From assembly GCF_009834535.1 (NCBI RefSeq), contig NC_045697.1, forward strand, positions 69,752,001 through 69,816,000: a stretch of 64,000 nucleotides of DNA, in the 5' to 3' direction. Of this stretch, positions 25,836 through 52,580 are shown in pieces. Origin of the DNA: Camelus ferus (Eukaryota). The translations under genes were made by a program, and so were the position numbers. The notes beneath the pieces are model-generated. The model did no database searches and was not told where the DNA came from. It worked only from the letters and a program-made list of their open reading frames with translations. Positions within the stretch are counted from its first letter, which is position 1; each line of letters begins with the position of its first letter.

Positions 25836-28800
25836 ACTCACAATGGTGTCCTTTTCCCATCTTAGCAAATGATCCAATTCCAGAATCTCATCCCTAGGAT
25901 CTGCTCCCTAGGACTACTTCTGGTACCAACTGTCTTAATTTGGGTTCCCCCAGAAGCAGACCTTGTGACAAAAATTAGACTTCTACTGGTTCTGTTAAAA
26001 AGATGAATGAGACACTAATAGGAAAGTGTGGAACATGATACAAGGAAGGAAAGGCTGCCAATAAAGAGTGCATTTTTTTACTGTGATAAAATATGCATAA
26101 CATGAAATTTGCATTTTAGCCATTTTTAAGTGTACAGTTCAGCCACATTAAGCACATTCACATTGTTATGTGACCATCACCACCATCTATATCTAGAAAT
26201 TTTTGCCTCTTCAAAACTAAAACTCCCTATCCTTTCAACACTAACTGTTTATTCCTCCCTTTTCCCAGCCCCTGGCAACCACCATCATACTTTTGGTCTG
26301 TATGAATTTGACTACTCTAGGTACCTCATATAATTAGAATGACTCATTAATTGTACTTGTATGACTGATTTATTTCACTTACCGTAACATCATAAAGGTT
26401 CATCCATATTGTCACCCATATGTAAGAATTTCCTTCCCTAAGACTGCATAATATTCCATTGTATGTAAATACCACGATTTACTTATCCATTCATCTGTTT
26501 GATGGACACGTGGGTTGCTTCCACCTTTGACCATTGTGAATAAAGCTGCTATGAACATGGGTGTAAGAGTGCATTTTAACACCTTTTTTGTTGTATGGTT
26601 CCTGCACAGTAAACTACACATATTTCAGATGTACAATTTGATGAATTTTGATAGATGTATACACCCATGAAACCATCCACCACAATCAAGATAGCTAACA
26701 TTTCTATCACTCCCCAAGAGGTGCAAGAGAGTGTATTTTTAAAGCCGGCTACCAAAGTGAGCAACTGGAGTTTAATCCTTTAGAGACACTCTGTGGATTG
26801 TGTATTTTATAGCAATTTCTGTCAGTTGTTGGTTGAAGACTGCTTGGGAGATGCAAATTTTCTGGAACTTCTGGCCTGCTTAATCAGGAGTTGGCAGAAC
26901 AGCCTTCTGTTGTTGGCAAAAGCCCTCAGGTGTGGGAATGCTGACACTGGCAACTGGAAGCCAACAGGACACAGGGAGGTGGTAAGGTCCTAGGGATATG
27001 GATGCGGCACTGAGGGCAGCAGCCACAGGAGCCTTTCATGTAAAACGTAGTCACACCTATTGGTTTTAGTTCTAAGGTTTTTCTCTAACCCACCTTAATT
27101 CACACCTCCTCAATTGCTTTTCCTACTTCCAGTCTCTTTCTTCTCCCCACTCTCCTCCACAATGCTGCCAAAGTCATGTTTTTCTGAAACACAGGTTTAA
27201 ACATGCCAACCTTTTCCTGGAAACTCTTGTGTGATGACACCTAGTCTTTAGGATTAAAGCCCTTCCTCCTCTTCACTATTAGGCTCAGCACAGCTCTTCC
27301 CACAGTGTCTCATATCACCATGACAGGCCATAGTCTTTTTCCACCTTGAACTCCTGCACATGCCATTATCTAGGGTCTCTTTTTCCACCTGACAAAATCT
27401 GATGCCTCCATCAAGATGCAGCTTAAGGTCACCTTCTCTACAATGCTGTCTCTAATCTTTTCCAGGAAAGACTAATTTTTTTCCTCCTTTTTACTGATTG
27501 GATATTCCCTGCCATAATGGTTAAATTGTGTTTTAATTATTAGCATATGTTAAGCTGTACCGAGCATTTTTCTGTCTCCAGCACCATATACAGAGGTCAT
27601 CAAAAAGGCAAAGAAAACCTAGTGAACTTCTTCAGGATCCTGTCAGTCTTCTAGTGGTTGGTCATCTGGTGTATGAATGATGTTAGAGAGAAATAAGTGG
27701 GAGTGCTAAAAATCCTTTTGAAATTATAGTATAGGCCAGTATCAGGGAATATTAACTATTTATAGTGCTGTAATTGAGTGTCTGGATGAACATCACATGT
27801 TAATAGAAGGCTTCTGTATTGTATGGACACACTATTCTATTATTGTTTGAGTGATAGCCCAGAATGTAATTTTTCTTGTTTACAGGTAAAAATCTGAAAA
27901 TACTTAGTTTCTCATCATTCAGGCAAGAACTGTGGACTCTAGTTCTCCACAGAGGCTGGACTCCTACTGTGGATCTGGGGATTAGATAAGCCTTGCTAGA
28001 GGCCATAAACTGTCCCATGTGAGTGACTGTCCAGGGAATTGCAGTGCCTGGGAGTGGAAAGAAGGATTTTGCTTTGTGATTAAAATGAGACACCTAAATG
28101 TGGCTGAAGTGATGGGACTTAGAGGCAGAGATCACAGAGTCTATTCACAGTAAGTTTACAGGGCAACAGTGTGATCAGATTGGAGAGAACTTTTCAGTGA
28201 GCTACTACAAAAGGAGATATTCACAGTAGCTTAAAGAATAGAGCTTTACTGGAAACAAAAAATGTGGGCACTGTTTACAGCAAAACATTTTGGGGCAAAT
28301 TTAGACTTCCTAAGACCTGAAGACTTCAAGTTCTCATTGTTTGTATGTTTCATTAGGAAGGCAGGGAAGGGGGACACATTAGCTGCCCTCAGGGAATAGA
28401 AAAAAGTTGGACAGGGAAGTTCCAGCTCAGACGTGGAAAGATGAAGAAGAGTCATTCAAAATCCAGAATGAATAGGTTTGATAGCATCTATCCCCCTTAT
28501 CTGCAGGAAGCAGACACCCTGGAAGGAAAGACAGGATGCCTCCTCATGATGATGCTTCTCAGTTTGGGGATCAGAGCCTCATGAGAGCTTCTTGATATCA
28601 TGTGATAGCCATGATGAGAGGCAGAGGCTAAGGATGTAGGCCATCTTCCTGGCCAATCTTAAATCTATTGGATTTAGGTTAAAAAAAAATCTTCCATTTT
28701 TTGGTCTCCCAAGAACTGCCAAGGCCTGCTGACATGCGGTTGTGCCTGTCTGGTCCAGTGACTTCAGATCTAGGGAAGCCCAAGCTGGAGTAGAAGAGAC

Positions 28801-29387
28801 TATAACTAGGAAGGGAGTTCCTGTTGTGTGTATGGTGGGGGGAGAGGTTTGGGAAGAGACTCATGTCTAAGGGGTAGGGAAGGAAGTCATAGCTCAAGAA
28901 GGCTGGGTAACCTTGGTTCAGGGAGAATTAAGAGGGGCTTGGGCACAGAGGCAGGGGGGCCGGGTGGAGGAGTTGGATGCCACAAATCACTACTGGATCT
29001 TGTCTTCCTCTTATCCACTTCTTGGAGGAAAGAATCTATAGGGCACATTAGTAAGGGACTTCACAATTACCTGCTTCCTGTGGAAAGTAAAATAAAAGCC
29101 AGTTTTGTTGTTCAAATCCATGCCTCTGAGGGAGCGTGGATCCTGATGAATAAAAGACTTCGCTGCTTTTTTTCCTGCTGAATCCCTAGATGGCTTAGTT
29201 ATGAAGTCAGGTAACATGAACTGTTGCAAGCTAAACTGGCCTGGCCAATAGAGGGAGAATTTGAAGTTCCTTTTCCAGTCCAGGGGAGAAGAGGTTAGTG
29301 CTCTAGAGTTACGACAAATGATAGTTTGAGACTGGGTTATATAAGATAAAATACCAGAAATATGAAATTCTTAATGTTCATCTGGGA

Positions 29388-29393
29388 TTTATT
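29388..29393 (-). terminator. Candidate ADH6 polyadenylation signal AATAAA
   Basis: First minus-strand AATAAA I found downstream of the stop, about 475 nt away. Confidence 0.45.
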
Positions 29394-29866
29394 TAAGTTG
29401 ATTTGATGAAGAACCCCCCACCCTGACCCCTTTCCTCAGCTTGCTTCAACTTGAATATTCAATAAGCTCATGAATGATGAATTTTGTTTCTTTGGTGTGA
29501 AATGGGGCAGAGCTTGATGGGGTGGAGAGACAATGTGCAAGGAAACATTGGCCCAGACATAGAGACAGTTATGAAAATGGGAGGATCCTGGGGTGACTTT
29601 GTTTGTTCAAAGCAGCAGAATTGAGGGATTCAAATCAACCTTAATCCATCTCTAATAAGGAAGATGTTCCTGGGTGACACTGGGTTGCGTAAGAACAATT
29701 TTGAAGTGGTGAGGGTTGAAGGTAGATGTGAGCCCACTGCTGAATGAATCAGAGGCAAGAAAATAGAAACAGCATTGTGCAGATAAATCTTCTAAATCAT
29801 GAAATTATACAGGATGTGATTTCGTCGGTGAAATATGCTGCAGATCTTGCTTACATTACATCGTAC

Positions 29867-42966
<13,100 letters not shown>

Positions 42967-43006
42967 GCTGACTTTCTCCGTGTTCTTCTGGGCACAGATG
43001 AATATA

Positions 43007-43220
43007 CTGAGAAAGAGAGATTCTGGTTACAACTTTCAAAGTCCAAGAGAGTAGAGGTTACTGTTTGATCAAGAGGCTGGATCCTAAGCTTTGTGTATAA
43101 CCAGGTAATTAATACACCTGATATCTGGAGACTCAGATTTTCCTATTCCCTGAGGAAGGTAAAATATGAAATAGACTTAGCCCAGTGAAAATGCACAAAG
43201 GTGAAATTGTGCAAACTTTT
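43007..43220 (-). promoter_or_regulatory. Putative ADH6 proximal promoter with liver-factor motifs
   Basis: CAAAGTCCA (HNF4-type core) at 43037-43045 and TTGTGCAA (C/EBP-like) at 43207-43214, 70-250 nt upstream of the ATG; motif match only. Confidence 0.4.
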
Positions 43221-43714
43221 TTTTCTTTCCTCAATCATAAAGTTCTCCTCTTAGTAGCTACTCTGTTGAATTTTAAATTTGGTCTTTTAAATGTCCAAGT
43301 TTAAAATTTCTAATAGCATGTATAAAATTGTCTATGTTGTTTTTCAAATGCAGATATGATATCTGTGACTCTAAACTTGAGTTTCATTTTGATTTGATTT
43401 TCCAAACCTGTGTCCCATTTTCAGGAATTAGGGTGTTATCAGACAGTTTATCTAGTAATTTCGCATAAGCGCCTCACCTCTTGGTATGCTTTACTGGTTA
43501 CTCAGAGGAATTGAAACCAATGTGTGAGAAACCTGACAATCAGGATTTGGATTTGAGAAAATCTCTGTATGTGGATCAAGAGAGTTTTGACCAGGACCCT
43601 GATGAACATGGGAACAAGGAAATACATTTCTAATGAAAAACAACACCAATGGGCAGGTTTTAGCTGGAAGGGAAGAGAAGAAGCATAAATGCTCTCTCTG
43701 TGTCATAATATGAT

Positions 43715-46320
43715 TATATGTTTTTTCTTCTTTGGCCTGTTGGATTATGGTGGATTATATTAATTAATTTCCAAATGTTGAACCAGCTTTACATACCTGA
43801 AACAAATCCCACTTGGTGTATTAATTTTCTTTCTTTGAACTGTCTTTGTCTGATTTTGGTTTCATAGTAATACTAATTTTATAAAATTATTTTCTCTTCT
43901 ATTTTCTAAGAGAGATTGTGTAGAATTGGTGTTAATCCTTTAAATGTTTGGTAGAATTCTTCAGTGAAATCATATGGGTCTACAGATTTCTTTTTGGGGA
44001 TGTTTTAAATTAGGAATTCAGTTATCTCCATATTTGTAGGGCTTGTAAGTTGTCTATTTCATATTTGGTGAGTTGTGGTAGTTTGTAGTTTTTGAGAAAC
44101 TAGCACATTTCAACTAAATTGTCAAATTTATGTGTGTAGATTTGTTAATGGTATTCATTTATTATTTTTTTGGTATCTGTTGTGTCTGTAGTGATATACA
44201 CTGTTTTATTGCTGATTATTGGTAATTTATGTCTTCATTCTGTTTTTCTTTGTCAGTCTTGCCAGAGGTTTGTTAATTTTATTGATCTTTTCAAAGAACT
44301 AGCTCTATTTCATTGATTTTTCTCTATTTAAAAAAATTTCGCTGACTTTTGCTATTATTTTTTCTTTCTGCTTATTTTTAGTTTATTTTGCTCTTTTATT
44401 TATGGGATCATGAAGTGTGAGTGTGTATTATTGATTTACAACTTTTCCTCTTTTCTAACATAATAATTTAGTGCCATGTATCTGATTCAGTGCAGCTTTA
44501 GCTGTGTCACACAAATTTTGATATGTTTTTTCATTTTTATCATATAAATATTTAAAAAACTTTCCCTTGAATCTTTTTCTTTGACCTACAGATTGTCTAG
44601 AAGTGTGTTGTTTAGCTTCCAAGTGCTTAGAGATTTTCCTTTTATTTCCACTATTTATGTCTAGTTTGATTTCCATTATTGATTTCTAGTTTAATTGTGA
44701 TCAGATAACATACTCTGCATGATTTCAATTCTTTTACTTTTGTTGAGATATGACCTATCTTGGAATGTTTTGTGGGCACTTGAAATGAATGTGTATTCTG
44801 CTGTCTTTGGGTAGAATGTTCAGTAAATATCTCTTAGGTTCCCTTAATTGATGGTGTTGTGAGTTCTATATACCTTTGCCTTCTTTCTGTCTAATTTTTC
44901 TATCAGTTCTTCAGACAGGGATGTTGAAGCATTTAACTAAAATTGTTGATTTGGCTATTTTTTTCTTTCAATGCTGACAGATTTTGACTCACAAGTTTGT
45001 AGCTCTGGTACATACACATTTAGGATCATTGTCTCTTCTTGGTAGATTGCCCTTTTATCATTATATAATACTTCTCTTTGCCTCTGATACATTTATTTTC
45101 TCTGAAGTCCACTTTATCTGATATTAATATAACCACTCTTGCCTTCTTTTTTCCCCCCCTATTTTATGATTAAATTTTATTTTATGGCTTACAATATTTT
45201 ATTTCCAGTTAAAGTAGAAAAATGTGAATGTGTTTTTATGGGATATTTAAATGTTGTGGTATTGGTTTTTTTTTCCCACTCTTGCCTTCTTTTGATTAAT
45301 GTTTGTGTGATATGTATTTTTCATCTTTTTCCTTTCAACCTACCTATACTCAAAGTGAGTTTCTTATAGACAAGATATATTTGAGTCATGTTTTTAAATC
45401 TACTCTGTCCATTTATGTCTTTTTTACACAGCTTTATTGAGATTGTATTCACTTACTATTCACCCATTTAAAGTGTAAAATTCAATTTTGTTGTATATTC
45501 ACAGATATGTGCAACCATCACCACAATCAATTTTAAAGTACTTTTATCACCTCAGAAAGAAAGTGACACCTCTCTAAACCTTCATCATTACCACCACCAC
45601 CTTGGCCTTATGCAACCATTCTTCTACTTTTTGTCTGCATAGATTTACCTATTCTGGACATTTTAAATGAATGGGATCACATGATATGTGGTCTTTTATG
45701 ACTAAATTCTTTCACTTAGCTTAATGTTCTCAAGGTTCACCTATGTTGTAGCTTAAACCAATAATTCATTCCTTTATATGGCATTGTGTGGATATAATAC
45801 ATTATCCATTCATCAGTTTTCATTAAGTGAATAAGTCTAATGTAACATTTAAATTTTTTAAATGACTTTTTCTTTTTACTATGTTCTTTCAGTTATTTCT
45901 TTAGTGGTTACTCTAGGATTTACCATTTACATATTAACTTACAAGAACCAGCTTCAGAATTTTAGTAAGTTAATTCCAGTGAGATATAGAAAAGTTGCTA
46001 CTTTTAATCTGTATTACCTCATCATTTGTCATATTATTATCATATATATGGTATCTATAAATGTTAAAAATTAGTAATACATTGTTAGAAAAATGATTTT
46101 ATATATTTTATGTCTTTAAATGAAGCTGAAAAAGGAAGATGAGCTAGTATATGTTTTACCTTTTGATATATTAACTTTTTGATTTATTATTTCTAGTTTT
46201 CTTTATCTATTTCTGTGATTAAATTACCATCTGGAGGTTTTTTCCTTAGCTCAGGAAAAAAACTTTGCTTCCACCCATCTTTTTGTGCTATTATTACACA
46301 AATATATTATATAAAGATAT
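43715..46320 (-). mobile_element. Old fragmented L1 (ORF2 region), resuming at about 49186-49390
   Basis: T-rich reverse-strand ORF2 text; ORF 44455..44676 (YQNLCDTAKA). Confidence 0.7.
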
Positions 46321-46324
46321 TATA

Positions 46325-49178
46325 GAGAGAAGCAAGATGGCGGAGTAGAAGGGTGCTCACCCTCTCCCACAAATACACCAAAACTCACATCTACGGACCC
46401 ACTCAGCCAACCAGAGCACCTGCAGAACTCTGACAGAACATTGCCCTCTTTGAAAGACAAAGATGCCAAAAATCTGGTAGGAGAAAAGGAAAAAAGAAAG
46501 AAGAAAAAGCAAAACAGTGCGGGACCAGTCCTGTGGAGAGGGAGCGGCAAAGGAGGAACAGCGTTTGTTCACTGGGTCTCCCCTCTCCAATGGAGAGGCC
46601 AGAGGGACGGGTGGGGGGGGGAAGCCTCCGAGGCTTGGATCTGCCCCGAGCACCCCTTGACCAACAGAACTAAGTTAAACAGGTACAAAGGGTCCCTGTG
46701 ACACCCAGCCCAGAGACGCGAGCTGGCAGCTGGGGGCTGGGACAGGCTGCCCAAGCCGGGTGGAGGACTGGGGCGGCTGCACTGATGCAGCCGCGGGGGA
46801 CTGCAGGGTGCTGCGTGCTGTGGCTGGGAGGCGATACGGAGCAGAACAACCTGCGAAAAAAAGCAAAGCAACACGGCTGGTGTGCCTTGCGGGGAGGGGC
46901 GCCGTAGCCTTTGTCTCCTCAGATCCATGATGCTATTACTGGCACTTCTCATGAGAAGAGAGGCGGGCATAGGCACAGCGGCCATGTCCTCCTGTGTGCA
47001 GCGCCCGGGTGGGGGGCAGGGCTGAGGCCTTAATCCGCACCCCGGGGCTACCTCCTGGGCAGGACTGTGACTTGTTTATAGCCTGAGGCAGATAGGATCT
47101 TTCTGCCCTGGCACCTCAGAGAACTCACACCGCCAAGACAAACAAGGAGCTGAGTTTTGGCACAGAGCAGGGGCGGGGCTATTCCGTGGTCTTCCCCGAG
47201 CCAGCCTATGGAGCGCCGACTGGAGGTGGAGTGAGCAGGTGCACAGAGCAGCAGAGACCTGCGCCGGGAGAGGGCGGGCAGCCACCCGCCTTCCTGGTAG
47301 GAATGTAGCACCTGACCATGGTGCAGGGAGGGGGCGCAATCCGCCCACCTGCCTCGCCCGAGTGCAGCATCTGACTGCATTGGGAAGGGGAGTGACCCAC
47401 CAGTGCCCACCCACTGATGTCAGAGAGATATGACCAATATGAAGAAGCAGAGGAACCACTCCCAATTAAAAGATCAAGAGAAATCCCCTTGAGAGCAAGA
47501 TCAAGGAAATAGACATTGATGGCCTACTAGATCAAGATTTCAAAAAAGGAGTACTGAAGGAAGTACTGAAAGTACTGAAGTACTGAAGAAACTAAAAGAA
47601 ATAGTGTTTAAAGATATAAAATATGTCAAAAATGAAATAGAAGCTATAAAGAAGAACCAAGTAAAATTAGTAAGCTCATTTGCTGAGATGAGAGCTGACC
47701 TAAAGGCTGTACAAAGCAGTCTAGATAATGCAGAGGAACGAATAAGTGACCTAGAAGACAGGACAACAGAAAGCACCCAATTGGAACAGCTGAGAGAAAA
47801 ACATAAAAAGCAATGAAAACAATATAAGGGACCTATGGGATAATATAAAGCATGCCAATCTACGCATAATAGGGGTTCCAGAAGGGGAAGAAGGAACAAA
47901 GGGGATTGAAAAGGTATTTGAAGAAATAATGACTGAAAACTTCCCAAACCTAAAGAAGGTATCAGATATTCAAGTACAGGAGGCTCAGAGGGTCCCAAGC
48001 AGGAAGAACCCAAACAGACCCACACCAAGACATATCATAATCAAGACGGCCAGAGTCAAGGATAAAGAAATGATCCTAAAGGCAGCAAGAGAAAAACAAA
48101 GAGTGAGTTACAAGGGAACCCCCATAAGGCTCTCAGCTGATTTTTCTACACAAACACTGCAGGACAGAAGGGAGTGGCAAGATATATTCAAAGTCCTGCA
48201 TGAAAAAAAGATGCAGCCTAGGATACTTTATCCAGCAAGGCTACCCTTAAGAATAGAAGGACAGTTAAAGAACTTCACAGACAAGCAAAAACTAAAAGAG
48301 TGTAGCAACACTATACCCATGCTGAAAGAAATATTCACAGGTCTACTCTAAACAGAAAAGAAGCAGGATGCTACAAAAATGAGAAACTCATAACTCGAAA
48401 GGTGATAACTACCATGAATTACAAATAGAATAAACACAAAATTGTAAAAGAAGACGTCTAAATCATTAAGAGTGGGAGAGGCAAGCAAGGAAAGCCACTG
48501 TGGAAAACAGTATGGCGATTCTTCAAAAGATTAGGAACAGATTTACCATGTGACCCAGGATTCTCGCTCCTGGGCATATATCCAGAAGGAACCCTACTTC
48601 AAAATGACACCTGCACCCCAATGTTCATAGCAGCACTATTTACAATAGCCCAGACATGGAAACAGCCTAAATGTCCATCAACAGAAGACTGGATAGAGAA
48701 GATGTGGTATATTTACACAATAGAATACTATTCAGCCACAAAACCTGACAACATAACGCCATTTGTAGCAACACGGATGTTCCTGGAGAATGTCATTCTA
48801 AGTGAAGTCAGCCAGAAAGAAAAAGAAAAATATAATATGAGACCACTCATATGTAGAATCTGAAAAAAAAAAAAAAGAACATAAATACAAAACAGAAACA
48901 GACTCACAGACATAGAATACAAACTTGTGGTTGCCGAGGAGGCAGGGGATGGGAAGGGACAGACTGGGATTTTAAAATGTAGAATAGATAAACAAGATTA
49001 TACTGTAAAGCACAGGGAAATATATACACGATATTGTGGTAGCTCACAGCAAAAAAAAAAAAAAAATGTGACAGTGAATATATGTATGTTCATGTATAAC
49101 TGAAAAATTGTGCTCTGTACTGGAATTTGACACAATATTGTAAAATGACTATTACTCAATAAAAAATGTTTAAAAAAA
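46325..49178 (+). mobile_element. Relatively young 2.85-kb L1 derivative: full 5'UTR, ORF1, ORF2 terminus, 3'UTR; nearly all of ORF2 missing
   Basis: 5' end gagagaagcaagatggcgg (YY1-type motif), CpG-rich UTR, ORF1 pieces 47604..47816 and 47929..48351, ORF2 tail 48621..48863, A-rich tail, TSD aaagatatta at 46313 and 49176. Confidence 0.9.
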
Positions 49179-52100
49179 GATATTACATTCTATATATCAT
49201 AAGCCCCCAAGTACATTATATACATATTGTTTTATACAGTTGCTTTTTAAATCAGCTAAGAGAAGAAGACAAATATGCATTCATAATCTCTTTATAATTT
49301 CATAGTTACTTTAACCCTGGTCTTTTTCCCCCTATGGATTCAATTTACTATTCAGAGTCACTTGCTTTCTGCCTAAAAAACTTTTATCTAAGTACTCAAT
49401 TTATTTTAGGTTAGATGACCTGGTTTTTTCTTTTCCCACCTTTATTCAGATATAATTAACATATAAAATTGTGTAAGTTTAAGATGTACAAAGTGATTAC
49501 TTGATACATGTATGTATTGTGAAATGTTTACCACAATAAGATTAGTTAACGCATCCTTCACCTCACATAATTATTATTATTTTTTGTTGTTATGGTGAGA
49601 ATATTAAAATCTGCTCTACATATATCTCCCCTCTTCCCTGATAGGCACCAGAACATGTCCTCTGAATCAAGTCCGGTGGGTAACTGGCAGTTGTAGGATC
49701 TGATTTTAGTAATAGGAAGTAGAGACAATAAAGCAAGAGAGTCATGAGCCCTGAAAAGTCATCTCATCTGGATTCACAGTTACAGGGTGCACTTCACCCC
49801 ATGACTTCTTTTCTTTGCATCGCTCTTTCTTTTTTTCTTTCCAGTTTTATTTAGATATAATTGACTGTACTGTATATGTTTAAGGTGTACAGCATAATGA
49901 TTTGACCTACAGACATCATGAAATGATTACCACAATAAATTTAGTGAACATATATTATCTCATATAGACACAAAATTAAAGAAATAGAAAAAATGTTTTT
50001 TTTTTCCTTGTGATGAGAACTCAGGGTTTACTCTTTTAACAATTTTCATGTATAATGTACAGCAGTGTTAATTGTATTTATCACGTTGTATATTATATCC
50101 CTAGTGCTTACTTATAACGGGAAGTTTGTACTTTTTGACTAATTTCATCCGTCTTGCTCCCTCACCCTGCCTCTGGTGACCACAAATGTAATCTTTTTTT
50201 TAATGTTCACTCCATGACTTCTATTTACCTTTTAGCTGTCCATGAGCTGGTATGATGGGAAAGGGAGAATTCCCACAATATCTATTTTCTAGTTGTGAAT
50301 GGCTGCATTTTATTTTCCTCATGAAAGCGCACCCATTTTTTTCTATTACCACATACACTGTTAATATTACAAAGAGCAATGTTATTTATTTTATCATTGG
50401 TGCCAAAGTCTAATGTTGCTAAATCAGATATAATTATCCAGCCAATTCCAATAAAGTAAGTTTAAAGAGAAGTAACAATTCCTCATAGTCCAATTTACTA
50501 ATGTAAATTGCTTGAGGACTTTGTGACTAAGTTGGAAGAAACTGCCTTTTTTCTAGGGTCAAGTTCTGAAATTAGGTTTCAAGGTAGGGAAGATAACTAC
50601 GTTAAATTAATATCTGGGGCTTATATGTAGTCACTACCTGGTAGTCATAGTTGACGTGAAGAGCAGAAATGGCAACTTTTCTGATCTTTTTATGTGCTTG
50701 TAAACTCTTCAAAGTGGCCATCCTAGAAATAAGTGCATGTTCTCCATCAAATTAGCATCAGTGCCTGTCTCATCTCCTCAGGAAAATAGATTCACCTTTT
50801 GCATTTTCACCCACAATTTTGGTGACCATGGTTTTTAAATTTTTTTGAGAACACTAAATTCAAAATGCTTAAAAGGGTATGTATTATTTAACTTTCAGTT
50901 TAGATTTTCTTGCATACACCATTGTATGAAACATAGCATTAGTCTCATGCTTCAAATGGAGAATATAAGTTCTAAATTCTCAGTTTCTTTATCTTTTCCT
51001 ATGAATGTGAAGCATCAATCCACAGACAATAATGTTGGAACTGTCTGTTGTTTTTCTAGGACTGTCAGTGGAAGGATTTCAGTGCTCTCGCATTTACTAA
51101 TGGCCAATGGGATACATTTATTTGAATACTGCCTTGGGATAGGAGTGGAATATTTAGCTAAAGATTTTTAAAGGAGAGTCAGTTTCAGAATTCTATAAGA
51201 ATTCTATAATTCTTGGGTCACATTATTTCCATAACCCTAGTATTATCAGCTCTGGACTCAATATACATAGAAGCACAGGTGGTATCATACAGCTAGAAAG
51301 TGGCTCCAAGGTCAAACAATCCAATATCTATATTTTTCAGATGCTTTGGAACTTGACTGATTTCAGTCAATCTACAAAGTGCAGATTAATAATTTCAACT
51401 CAAACTGTTGTTAATATATCAGTCACTATTAGATGGGATTTCATAGCAATATCATATAATAAGGCTCAGGAAAGGCAACGTAATATCCTAGGGAAACCCA
51501 GTTCTCTTCAGATGTAAAAATTCTTGTACTTTTACTTGTTTACATAGGGAATACTTTGTAATCAAGGCCTTTATGCTCGCTGCCCTACACAAACACAGTC
51601 TGGCCCTTGCAAACTGGATTGTTTGATGTTTATCATATGCAAGTTTTATCTCTCTTTTATGGGTTCTTATAGACAGTTCCAATTTCTATGAGGTCTTTTA
51701 CCCAGACATTCATGTTGTAGTTCTGTAAGCTCCCAAGGCTCAGTTTAGGGGGTGACCTGCTCCCCGAGGGCTTCCCCAACCTTCTAGTCAGAAATGAGGT
51801 CTCTATACCTTGGATCTGTAGTCTTTTGGACTTTCTGACAAGACATTATATCCAGCACTTATTGCAGCTATTTATGTATTTATTCTTATACTGCAGTACT
51901 GAACCTTCAATGACTTGAAGACAGTGATTATATTCAACACTGTTTTTCCAGTGTGTCTTAGCACAGTATTGTTATTAGATGTTTAATGAATGTGTGCTGA
52001 AGATAAATACTCTTGAAATATCAAATATTAGGCTGTTGATTGAAAATAAACTCATAAAGCAGCACAAAATGTACCTTGTAAATAAATAATTTTCTGGAGG

Positions 52101-52537
52101 ACATTAGATCACTTCAAAACTCTGTTGGTCATAGTACATTGCTAATTAAGCTGTACAGTAGTTTAATTTCTTGGTCATATATATCAGGACTCAAACAAAC
52201 CACAATGTTTTATTATAACAACATAATTTTGTATACTTTTTCTTTCACTGGCCTTTCCTTTTTATTCTCACATTTGATCTTCATACCTGTCTCAAGAGAG
52301 AAGGTATCATTATCCCCATTTTATATAGATCAGGACAGTGACTTGGACAAAGATAGCCATTTGGGGTCACACAGTGACTGAGTAAAGGGCTCTTCATAAC
52401 TGACTTAAAGCTCTTTTATTGCTATTCTCTAAACTGTTTTCCACAACCATCCTCTTTTATACTTGATCTGAGACCTCTCATTTTTCATAAAATTTTGGAT
52501 GTGACATTCATATGTATAAGATATCTCACAGAGATAC

Positions 52538-52540
<3 letters not shown>

Positions 52541-52578
<38 letters not shown>
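52541..52578. repeat. (CA)19 microsatellite abutting the pseudo-exon 8 donor
   Basis: Direct reading. Confidence 0.9.

Positions 52579-52580
<2 letters not shown>

Noticed and set aside
800..29380. Exons of the next cluster gene (ADH4 expected downstream of ADH6)
   Set aside because: I found no ADH-like exon by eye; the region reads as repeat-rich intergenic DNA.
50229..50243. ATG GAC AGC TAA AAG|gtaaat on the minus strand, resembling an ADH exon 1
   Set aside because: It is 15 nt rather than 18, has an in-frame stop, and lies downstream of the pseudogene; the real ADH6 exon 1 is at 42949-42966.
52052..52075. Possible pseudogene exon 9 (ttacaag GTA CAT TTT GTG CTG CTT TAT GA)
   Set aside because: Position and VLL are suggestive, but the match is too short and the phase is wrong to support a call.
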